From Candidatus Omnitrophota bacterium (GTDB lineage: Bacteria; Omnitrophota; Gorgyraeia; JAHIPI01), in assembly GCA_016783745.1 (NCBI GenBank), contig JADHVZ010000002.1, positions 12,012 through 76,011 of the forward strand: DNA of 64,000 nucleotides, in the 5' to 3' direction. Positions 57,126-64,000 of this stretch are shown piece by piece. A program made the position numbers and the translations under genes. A model generated the notes under the pieces. The model worked only from the letters and a program-made list of their open reading frames with translations. It was not told the origin of the DNA and did not search any database. The stretch's first letter is position 1. Each line of letters starts with the position of its first letter.

Positions 57126-58944
57126 ATTCGTCTATGAGCTCTTTATCACTCTGGCTGATCCATATGAATGAAATGGCGACATTAAAACATTTTCCCCCGT
57201 CAGCCTCACAGCGTAAGACCTTTCCGATCGCCGCTATAAGCCTGTCAGAGGATGGTATCCTTATACGTAATTCAAGGAAGGATCCCATCGGCACTCTTTT
57301 ATTTGAAACAAATTTCACGCCGGTAGCGCTGATATTCTTTGAATAGCTGTCTTCTACCACATTATAGGCGGGTTTCAAGTCATCGGAAAGCCGCACATAA
57401 TCTACGGCGCAGTCTGTATGCAGCCGCATGTAAGTCCTGTTCTCCGGGCCTCTGTAATCGTCACTGTTGATCATTTTGTCTAACTCATTGGTATTGAGCG
57501 CCCATTCTCCGCCCTTGGCATAGACGATCTTATTGACAAACATACGCCTTATCAGCGACTCCACCCGCACGGGGATGCCGCTACAGGCGGCAAACATCTT
57601 CTTTTTAAAATCCTGAGATATTAACTCGCATGAAAACACAGCATCAAAGAATTCGGACACATCATTATCTTTGAGGGGTTTTAACTCCAAAACATCACAA
57701 GTCTTGGCAAGGTCATTTTCATTCATAAATATGGAAAAAGGTGTCCTTGGCGCCTGTTTTATATCTACCATGTCGTCGGAAATGCTGCCTGCGATAAGCA
57801 TCCCCCATTCTGTGCCGCGCTCTTTGATGGCCCCTTTTATTATTTCCAGGCTGCCGCTGTCTATCCAGATAATATCGTCGGCCAGCACAGGGATGATCTT
57901 TATCTTAAGCTCTTTCATAAATCGCAGAAAGGCGTTAACAATATCCTCGTCTTTCAGGTCTTCGGCCTTGGGAGATTTATGCCCTGAATATTTTACGGGA
58001 AGATCCCGTATCTTGCGCACCATCGAAAAAAGAGCCGCTTTATGGGCATCATCCAGCGAATTGAGCGCGTCTAATACTTTACCGGCATCCATAAACTCTA
58101 AAAAACTGCTGAAGGCGTCAGCTATAGATCCATACTTTTTATTGATATCTTCTCTGCTGCACATAAGAAGCAGGCTGGGATAGATCTTGTCCGGGCTGAA
58201 AAGCTCAAGCATAAATCTTGTCTTGCCTATACCCTGCGGGCCCTTGACAAGTACGAATTTTTTTGCTCCTTTTTCCGCGTCCTTATATGACGCCTGGATG
58301 TGCGCCAATTCCTTCTGCCTGTCGATAAACTTTTTGCACGGAAGGGCGTTGGCCAGCAAATCCCTGCCTCTGACCTCTGCCATAATGTCCTTCACTGTTG
58401 AGACCCTGTTCCTACCCGTCCTTTTTGAAGAATACAGAGCCTGGTCAGCCTTTTCCAGGAGGCCGCTGGCGCTATCGGCGTCATCGGGGTATACGGCGAG
58501 GCCCATACTCATCGTCACACTTATGTTCTTTGCCCCCCGCTTGTCCTCTACTTTATTATCCTTGATCAATTTCAATATTTTACCGGCTGTATCAACGGAC
58601 TCATCGAGCCCTTTATCAAAAAATACTAAGGTAAATTCATCGCCGGCGTATCTGACTATGGTAGCTTCCTCACCGATGACGCTCCTTAAAATATCCGCGA
58701 TGTTCACAAGCACTTTATCGCCGCTGAGATGACCATAGGAATCGTTGATTTTTTTCAGGTTGTCACAGTCCATCATGAAGATAGAGATGCTTTTGTTTTC
58801 ATTTTTTGCCCTTGAGATCTCCCTTATGAGGACCTTATTGAGGTACCGCCTGTTGAACAAGCTGGTTAGATCATCGACGTAAGCCAGATCTACACTCTGC
58901 GGCTTGCTTTCCGCGCCGGTCCCTTTATGATTTTCTTCTGGCAT
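57106..58944 (-). CDS. GGDEF + P-loop NTPase (AAA_16/STAND-like) + PilZ fusion protein
   Basis: DDLTSLFNRR, DCDNLKKINDSYGH, RYAGDEF; FIDRQKEL, GPQGIGKT, DDIIWID; RTYMR..NISATG. Confidence 0.85.
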   Translation of the reverse strand: MPEENHKGTGAESKPQSVDLAYVDDLTSLFNRRYLNKVLIREISRAKNENKSISIFMMDCDNLKKINDSYGHLSGDKVLVNIADILRSVIGEEATIVRYAGDEFTLVFFDKGLDESVDTAGKILKLIKDNKVEDKRGAKNISVTMSMGLAVYPDDADSASGLLEKADQALYSSKRTGRNRVSTVKDIMAEVRGRDLLANALPCKKFIDRQKELAHIQASYKDAEKGAKKFVLVKGPQGIGKTRFMLELFSPDKIYPSLLLMCSREDINKKYGSIADAFSSFLEFMDAGKVLDALNSLDDAHKAALFSMVRKIRDLPVKYSGHKSPKAEDLKDEDIVNAFLRFMKELKIKIIPVLADDIIWIDSGSLEIIKGAIKERGTEWGMLIAGSISDDMVDIKQAPRTPFSIFMNENDLAKTCDVLELKPLKDNDVSEFFDAVFSCELISQDFKKKMFAACSGIPVRVESLIRRMFVNKIVYAKGGEWALNTNELDKMINSDDYRGPENRTYMRLHTDCAVDYVRLSDDLKPAYNVVEDSYSKNISATGVKFVSNKRVPMGSFLELRIRIPSSDRLIAAIGKVLRCEADGGKCFNVAISFIWISQSDKELIDEYVRTKK

Positions 58945-58965
58945 TTTTACCTCTCGCGCTGTCCA

Positions 58966-59400
58966 TTACCTGCCTGGCTTCGCCCTGACACAGGAAGCGG
59001 CTTCTCTCAGGGTAAGATTTATTTTTTTTGAATTGAATTTACCGTCACTTACGGCCGTAAACGCGATCGCGTGTGTATTGGAATGAGTGAGGCTCAAGGC
59101 TATATTAAAACAAGACACATTTTTGAATTTTTTCTTGTCTAAACATATTTCAGGCTGTTCGTTACTTCCCTTTTTAACCTCTATGTCAGCGTAGAATGGC
59201 CTCGCGATATTGTTTAAGGCCTTGATGGTCGCTTCCTTGGCGGCAAATCTGGCGGCAAACCTGGGATATGGATCCCTGAAAGACCTGCAATATTTTATTT
59301 CCTGCGGGGTAAATATCTTTTTGTAAAATCTCTTGTTCCTGCCGTAAGATAATCGCCTGAATCTGGATATCTGCTCACAGTCTACGCCGACCTGTAACAT
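58966..59400 (-). CDS. acpS: Holo-ACP synthase (start reassigned to ATG 59400)
   Basis: VGVDC, IFTPQE, FAARFAAKEA, LSLTHS; SD AGGAG. Confidence 0.9.
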   Translation of the reverse strand: MLQVGVDCEQISRFRRLSYGRNKRFYKKIFTPQEIKYCRSFRDPYPRFAARFAAKEATIKALNNIARPFYADIEVKKGSNEQPEICLDKKKFKNVSCFNIALSLTHSNTHAIAFTAVSDGKFNSKKINLTLREAASCVRAKPGR

Positions 59401-59430
59401 GCTTCTCCTGCGGATATTAAGTGGGTTTAA

Positions 59431-59830
59431 ACAAGCTGACCTGTAAGCCGAGTTCTGTGCGCAGGCCCTAAGCCTGCCGGTAATCATTTCTCTTGCCCCA
59501 TCATTACTGATGAGGTCATAAGCGACCTTACCCGTCCCGACACCGTTGACTCTCCGTGCCTACGGCCCGGAGAAGTCTTCGACTCCACTACTTTATCGGT
59601 GAGTCTTATCCGGTAGAAGCGAGCAGCTTCTGATTCGGGACCTATTTGGTCTTGCTCCGCGTAGAGATTGCTCGTTTCACCCGCCTACGCTTGAGGCGTA
59701 GGCGACTCGTCTCTGTAGCTCTGATCCTATCCTTCCGGATGGCGGGCATTACCCGCTACGCCGCTCATCGGAGCTCGGACTTTCCTCCCTATCTTTTTTT
59801 AAAGAAAGAGCGATTACCCGATCTGCTTGT
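59431..59830 (-). ncRNA. rnpB: RNase P RNA
   Basis: Minus strand GAGGAAAGTCCGAGC near the 5' end, GGAGCAAGACCAAATAGG, and ACAGAACTCGGCTTAC near the 3' end; complementary P1 termini. Ends are approximate. Confidence 0.95.
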
Positions 59831-60239
59831 TTAAACCCGATAGATTTATCGCCTTATTGGCTAACTTATCGGCTTCTTTATTGTTTTCTCTATCGATTTT
59901 TATGATTTTGACGCTATTCATGCCGTTTATCAGAGTCACGGCCTTTTCAAATAAAGGCTTTATATTGCTCTTCCTTACCCTGAAATCCCCTTTTAGCTGA
60001 TTGGCGACAAGTTCACTGTCCAGATAAAGCTTAGCATTTTTGTATCCTAGAGTGATAGCCTCTTCTAATCCTGAGATAAGCGCTCTATACTCGGCCACAT
60101 TATTAGTAGCCTCACCCAGATACTCATATGCCGTCTTTATGATTTTATCATCTTCCTTTAGGACCACCCCCGCGCCCGCAGGGCCGGGATTGCCTCTTGC
60201 GGCTCCGTCTACATATATAGATACTGTATTCTCGCTCAA
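59814..60239 (-). CDS. rnhA: Ribonuclease HI family protein
   Basis: YVDGAARGNPGPAG, TNNVAEY, DSELV, NKEADKLAN. Confidence 0.92.
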   Translation of the reverse strand: MSENTVSIYVDGAARGNPGPAGAGVVLKEDDKIIKTAYEYLGEATNNVAEYRALISGLEEAITLGYKNAKLYLDSELVANQLKGDFRVRKSNIKPLFEKAVTLINGMNSVKIIKIDRENNKEADKLANKAINLSGLNKQIG

Positions 60240-60248
60240 GTGAATCTC

Positions 60249-60989
60249 CTACTTCTCTTCCTCGGCATAGAGTATCCTCGCGCACCGCTCGCAGGCCATC
60301 ACTCTCTTCTTTAATCTTATTTCGTCTATGATCTGCGGCGGAAGGTTCATAAAGCATCCTCCGCAGTTTTCTCCCACCACAGGTACCAGCGCAACGCCTT
60401 CTTTGCCGCTTAAGATCCTCTCGTACCTGGAAAGCATCTTCTTATCTATGAGGGGGGTGATGTTTTTTCTTTTACCGTCAAGCTCGCTAAGGCTTTTATC
60501 CGTCTCTTTCTTTTCATCTTCGATCTTTTTTTTCTCGATTTCGATCTTCTTCTCTTCATCCTCCAGCTCTTTCTTCGCTTCCTCGAGGGCCTTTTCAGCG
60601 GTTTCGATCAGGTCAAATATAGACAGGATATCTTCCTCCAGCACAGACTTATCCGCTTCGAAGCCGGATATTTCATGTTCAAGAGCGTTGTATTCCTTGT
60701 TGGTCTTGACCTGATAAAGCTGGGACTGGAGCTTTTTTATGTTGTTTTCCTTTTGTTCCAGATCGAGCTCTCTCTCTTTTCGCTTAAGCTGAAGCCTTTT
60801 CAGCTCATCATCCTTCTCTTTTGACTTGGAGCTTGCGGCTTCCATTTCATCATCAAGGGCATTGAGTCTGGCGGGCATCTCGCTGATCCACTTTTTCATG
60901 TCATAGATATCTTTGTCGAGGATCTGAAGATCGATCAGATTTTTCAGGAGTTCGGCTACTGACATTTTTTCCTCATTACTTTTTGGCAA
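60249..60989 (-). CDS. Coiled-coil C4 Zn-ribbon protein (DUF164/CT398-like); start uncertain (60965-60989)
   Basis: Long coiled coil, KTNKEYNAL, CGGCFMNLPPQ, CERCARILY; adjacent to rnhA-rnpB. Confidence 0.88.
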   Translation of the reverse strand: MPKSNEEKMSVAELLKNLIDLQILDKDIYDMKKWISEMPARLNALDDEMEAASSKSKEKDDELKRLQLKRKERELDLEQKENNIKKLQSQLYQVKTNKEYNALEHEISGFEADKSVLEEDILSIFDLIETAEKALEEAKKELEDEEKKIEIEKKKIEDEKKETDKSLSELDGKRKNITPLIDKKMLSRYERILSGKEGVALVPVVGENCGGCFMNLPPQIIDEIRLKKRVMACERCARILYAEEEK

Positions 60990-61022
60990 TGAAACGTAAC
61001 GTTACAGCTCTTTGGTTGTTCA

Positions 61023-61147
61023 TATATCGTTAATCGTATTTCGCTCGATTAGCTTAGTTTGGTTTACGGTTCATGGTTTACGGAAAAACCCCGGATTTTA
61101 AAACCGTAAACCGTACACCGTAAACCGGAGAAACGATCAACGATATA
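61023..61147. repeat. Nested heptamer palindrome element, copy 2
   Basis: TATATCGTTAATCGT...ACGATCAACGATATA outer arms; shares AAAACCGTAAACCGTACACCGTAAACCG with copy 1. Confidence 0.85.
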
Positions 61148-61219
61148 CGATAAACGAATTATAAGCGTCTCTGCGAGATAACAAACAATTCAAGAGCACA
61201 TGCAATATATGTTGAATCC

Positions 61220-61296
61220 TGGTGGGCGGTAGAGGACTTGAACCTCTGACCTCGTGCATGTGAGGCACGCGCTCTAACCAGCTGAGCTAACCGCCC
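61220..61296 (-). tRNA. tRNA-Val(CAC)
   Basis: GGGCGGTTAGCTCAGCTGGTTAGAGC-G-CGTGC-CT-CAC-AT-GCACG...GTTCAAGTC...CCGCCCACCA; 77 nt with encoded CCA. Confidence 0.96.
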
Positions 61297-61310
61297 ATAC
61301 CTTTGCTTCG

Positions 61311-61390
61311 CAAAGGACACACCAAAATCAGCCTTTTAGGCCACAAAAATTAAGCTACATGAAGTCTCTTTTAGTACATTAGCAGGCTAG
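61311..61390. repeat. ~80-nt imperfect direct repeat, copy A
   Basis: Blocks GGACACAC, AGCCTTTTAG, AATTRAGCTA, GTACA and CAGGCTAG are shared collinearly with 62265-62343. Confidence 0.75.
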
Positions 61391-61397
61391 GCAAATC

Positions 61398-61568
61398 TTA
61401 CTGTTTTCCATTTTTACGCAAGGCTTCGCGGGCTGACATGTGTATCAGTTTGTCATTTTGCCAAATCGCAAGGGAACGACCCGTTTCTTTATGTCTTTTG
61501 ATAACCTCGCGTATCGCTTCTTTAAGCGCCTTAAAAGCCTTGTCATGTAAAGACTGCCTTTTTCTCAC
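61398..61568 (-). CDS. 56-aa partner protein of the zeta-like kinase (putative antitoxin)
   Basis: MRKRQSLHDKAFKALKEAIREVIKRHKETGRSLAIWQNDKLIHMSAREALRKNGKQ*; GTGA overlap with the upstream stop; below the track cutoff. Confidence 0.75.
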   Translation of the reverse strand: MRKRQSLHDKAFKALKEAIREVIKRHKETGRSLAIWQNDKLIHMSAREALRKNGKQ

Positions 61569-62146
61569 AACCTTCTCCCTTTTTCTGTAATTTTCTCAAA
61601 TAAATATTTATCAAAGACTGCAACCTTTCCATTTTTTTCCTCAGCAATCAATTTAGGAACAATGCTCTCGTTATTGAATAACATCCACGAATCCAGCAAT
61701 GGCATGTAAAACCTAAAAAAGTTAATACTGCTACGGATAAACCGACGACGCACATCTTGCAACGGAACATCATGCCCGCCATCAGCGACTCTGTCCTTGA
61801 TTCGCGCTAAAGCCAATTGCACATTCGGAATCCATAAAAAGAAAAGATGTAGATGATATCCCTTTCTTCTTAAATGCTTAAAAAGTTTAATGTATGATTT
61901 CCCTGCAAGTGTTGTTTCAAAAGCAAAATCAACGTTTTTGCCTGCCATTTCATAAATTTGCTTTAAAACGAGCCTTCCGGCTTTCATCGCAGCGATTCGC
62001 GGAGAAAAGGGAGATAACCCTTGAGCAATAAGATCGGCATTAATAAAATGCTGACATTTTGCATAGTCGGGTAAAAACTTCTTTGCAAATGTAGTTTTAC
62101 CTGATCCGTTAGGCCCGGCTATTATATAGATATTTTTATTCTTCAT
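61565..62146 (-). CDS. Zeta-toxin-like P-loop kinase/ATPase
   Basis: IAGPNGSGKTT, INADLIA, FETTL, RIKDRVADGGHDVP. Confidence 0.88.
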   Translation of the reverse strand: MKNKNIYIIAGPNGSGKTTFAKKFLPDYAKCQHFINADLIAQGLSPFSPRIAAMKAGRLVLKQIYEMAGKNVDFAFETTLAGKSYIKLFKHLRRKGYHLHLFFLWIPNVQLALARIKDRVADGGHDVPLQDVRRRFIRSSINFFRFYMPLLDSWMLFNNESIVPKLIAEEKNGKVAVFDKYLFEKITEKGRRL

Positions 62147-62193
62147 ATTTTCAAATATTTATGACTTCGTGCTTTTAATTTTGTCAAAATTCG

Positions 62194-62262
62194 TGGTGGC
62201 CAGGCCTGCTGTCTCAGGGCGTCATTTTATGGGACACTGCAAGGCTCAAAATGAGCACCACC
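62194..62262 (-). pseudogene. Probable decayed copy of tRNA-Ile2(CAT)
   Basis: Collinear tRNA-like blocks GCTCA..GAGC, CATAA, CCTG..CAGGC, CCACCA; its 3' flank CGAATTTTGA resembles TGAATTTTTTGA after the intact tRNA. Confidence 0.5.
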
Positions 62263-62264
62263 CT

Positions 62265-62343
62265 CAAGGGACACACAACAATTAGCCTTTTAGACCGCGC
62301 AATTGAGCTAACTGAAACCCATTTGGGTACACCTACAGGCTAG
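62265..62343. repeat. ~80-nt imperfect direct repeat, copy B
   Basis: See copy A; both copies begin 6-7 nt after the last stop codon of a TA-like pair. Confidence 0.75.
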
Positions 62344-62349
62344 ACCTTA

Positions 62350-62688
62350 TTATTTAGTGCTTTTTAGGATGCGCGATACATGCTTTTTGAAAATGGGTAA
62401 TTTATTTTCTATAATATCCCATAAAATGTCTACATCTATGCCGAAGTATTCATGCGCCAAAATATTCCTCAGCCCTGCTATTTTTTTCCATTCGATTTCT
62501 GAATATTTTTCTTTTATGCTGGTTGGGATATTCTTCGCGGCTTCTCCGATAATCTCCAGATTACGCACAACGCCGTCAATCACTAGGTTATTCGTCTTAA
62601 GCTTTTCAAGAGATAATCTATCGGTATATTCTTCGATCCGGCGAAGCGCTTCCAGAATATCATCTATGTAAAGTCTGTGATCACGCAT
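62350..62688 (-). CDS. HepT-like HEPN RNase toxin (DUF86)
   Basis: VRNLEIIGEAAK, RNILAHEY (RX4HXY motif). Confidence 0.92.
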   Translation of the reverse strand: MRDHRLYIDDILEALRRIEEYTDRLSLEKLKTNNLVIDGVVRNLEIIGEAAKNIPTSIKEKYSEIEWKKIAGLRNILAHEYFGIDVDILWDIIENKLPIFKKHVSRILKSTK

Positions 62689-62974
62689 ATTTCACATCCG
62701 AAAGAACTTCTCTTTTTATCCTCGCCTTCAAGGCATCTTTTATTACCAGATCAACCTTGTGACGAAAGAGACTTTCCAGATAAAACTTAAGCTCCATATA
62801 ATTATCAAATGTCTTGCTATTCTTATCAAACTCAACGAGAATGTCTATATCGCTTTTGGCATGTTGGCTCGAGCGCACAAAAGAGCCAAAGATGCCTACT
62901 TTTTTCACGCCGTAAGCCTTTAGCTCATCTGAATGCTGCTTCATTGTCTTTAGTATTTTATTTTTGGGTGACAT
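62681..62974 (-). CDS. MNT (MntA-like) nucleotidyltransferase antitoxin; start probably ATG 62974
   Basis: FGSFVRSSQHAKSDID (GSX10DXD), KVDLV; overlaps the HEPN gene. Confidence 0.92.
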   Translation of the reverse strand: MSPKNKILKTMKQHSDELKAYGVKKVGIFGSFVRSSQHAKSDIDILVEFDKNSKTFDNYMELKFYLESLFRHKVDLVIKDALKARIKREVLSDVKYA

Positions 62975-63122
62975 ATTTATTCCTCTTTCTGAACAATGGT
63001 TCAATTTTTTTCAAATGACATTGATCCCATATAAGATTACATCCTTCTTGCCTTTGGTATATCTTAAGTCTCTGACTATCGTTAATTATCCAGAAACAAG
63101 AAAATTGCTATCAAAAAATTCA

Positions 63123-63199
63123 TGGTGGGCCCGCCTGGACTTGAACCAGGAACCCTCTGATTATGAGTCAGATGCTCTAACCAATTGAGCTACGAGCCC
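63123..63199 (-). tRNA. tRNA with CAT anticodon, most likely tRNA-Ile2 (lysidine type)
   Basis: GGGCTCGTAGCTCAATTGGTTAGAGCA-TCTGA-CT-CAT-AA-TCAGA...GGGCCCACCA; paired G1:C72 and no GGG/CCC anticodon stem, so not the initiator; elongator Met is not fully excluded. Confidence 0.88.
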
Positions 63200-63274
63200 C
63201 ACCCCTACGAAACTCTTTTATGGCTCAGTGCCCCGAGGGGTACGAGCCCCACTTCTACGAAACTCTTTTATGGC
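63191..63274. repeat. 34-bp direct repeat (32/34 identical, 50-bp period) overlapping the tRNA 5' end
   Basis: TACGAGCCCCAC(CC/TT)CTACGAAACTCTTTTATGGC at 63191-63224 and 63241-63274. Confidence 0.9.
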
Positions 63275-63333
63275 GAAGTCTCTCCGAAGCCTGTCGGCGC
63301 AGGAGGACCTTTAATTAATATAATTAGAGAGCA

Positions 63334-63362
63334 ATTATACATTATTTTGTATATGTTTTCAA
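63334..63362 (-). promoter_or_regulatory. Putative promoter of the tRNA locus
   Basis: Minus strand TTGAAA-17-TATAAT. Confidence 0.7.
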
Positions 63363-63379
63363 GGTAATAATATGAGTAC

Positions 63380-64000
63380 TTAGTCTTTCGCGACGTATTC
63401 AAACCAGTCAAAAAAAGCAGGCGTAGTGCTCTTCTTCCCGTTTCCCGTTGCATACATACCCAGGTACACGCCGGTCCATCCTCCGGCGACTTCCGTAGAC
63501 AAATATCTCGTTTGCGCCTGAGCCGCTGCCTTGAACTCCCTGCCATCCAGGGAGTAAGAGAAGTGGTATGTATCGCGATCCGCGGTTATTCTCAGACTTA
63601 CGGGCCCGCTGTCAATTTTATCATAGTCCATTCTGGTGACAAGACCGCCTACGCGCCTGCTTACCACAATAAGCCTCTCGCCTTCAATACACTTAACAGC
63701 AAGCTCATAATGATGCCTTTCGTTCATATACACCGCAAGGCCGGCTTCTTCATTTTCGCGCGAGGGCGAAAAATCCATAAGTGTTGTCGCTGTAAGGCAA
63801 AAATGCTCCTGCCTGCGTCCCAGAAAAGCCGGTGAGTCAGTATCGTTAAGCGATACCTCTGATCCGGATAATCTCAACCAGCCCGGACGCTCAGAGGTCG
63901 AGTAATGTTCATCACGCGGATTCCTCAAAAAATTCCACTCAAGCCCCCAGCCTCCGCCATCAAAGTCGTCTCTTGCAGGCGCATCATCCCATTTATGAAT
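63380..64000 (-). CDS. GH43 beta-xylosidase-like protein, C-terminal ConA-like domain (5' part outside the window)
   Basis: The frame stays open to the window edge: RDDFD..LEWNFLRNP, FLGRRQEH, EEAGL, LSTEVAGGWTGVYLGMYATG, AFFDWFEY. Confidence 0.85.
   Translation of the reverse strand: MHKWDDAPARDDFDGGGWGLEWNFLRNPRDEHYSTSERPGWLRLSGSEVSLNDTDSPAFLGRRQEHFCLTATTLMDFSPSRENEEAGLAVYMNERHHYELAVKCIEGERLIVVSRRVGGLVTRMDYDKIDSGPVSLRITADRDTYHFSYSLDGREFKAAAQAQTRYLSTEVAGGWTGVYLGMYATGNGKKSTTPAFFDWFEYVAKD

Noticed and set aside
59401-59487. N-terminal extension of AcpS in the ORF track
   Set aside because: It overlaps the rnpB 3' end; the SD and AcpS motifs begin at ATG 59400.
61311-62343. Integron attC interpretation of the ~80-nt repeats
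   Set aside because: No RYYYAAC...GTTRRRY ends or long palindrome, and no integrase nearby.
63123-63199. Initiator tRNA-fMet
   Set aside because: Position 1:72 is paired and the anticodon stem lacks three consecutive G-C pairs.
61300-63300. Prophage or ICE at the tRNA locus
   Set aside because: Only about 2 kb of TA-like cargo; no integrase, replication or structural genes.
22-63835. Numerous + strand ORFs in the track
   Set aside because: Almost all lie antisense to well-supported minus-strand genes, and the rest fall in repeats or RNA genes; none has a recognisable motif.

Overview
A gene-dense 64 kb bacterial chromosomal segment with every credible gene on the minus strand; the + strand ORFs in the track are antisense shadows. 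The gene content resembles the PVC superphylum, most plausibly Omnitrophota/OP3 (an inference, not tested). In transcription order (right to left): the 3' part of a GH43 glycosidase; a tRNA-Ile2(CAT)/tRNA-Val(CAC) locus carrying two toxin-antitoxin-like modules; a Zn-ribbon protein, rnhA, rnpB and acpS; a GGDEF-NTPase-PilZ fusion; a dcw cluster (mraZ to ftsA) with no ftsZ; yggS-proC-yggT-mtnP-ileS-dksA-like-lspA-lgt-rluD; aroA; mreBCD-mrdA-rodA; a type IV pilus locus (degenerate GGDEF, pilT, stand-alone MshEN protein, two pilB, pilC, three pilins, pilMNOPQ); then rng, rplU, rpmA, obgE, proBA, nadD, a small Zn-finger gene, rsfS, argS and the 5' part of a shortened mfd. The main observations are: (1) FtsA has lost its ATP-binding motifs and the FtsZ-binding 2B subdomain, and ftsZ is absent from its usual position; (2) the pilus locus looks wired for c-di-GMP control; (3) the tRNA locus is built as a repeated [tRNA + TA cargo + ~80-nt tail] unit; (4) there are several palindromic or heptamer-based repeat elements. 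All calls come from motifs read by eye; no database search was run.
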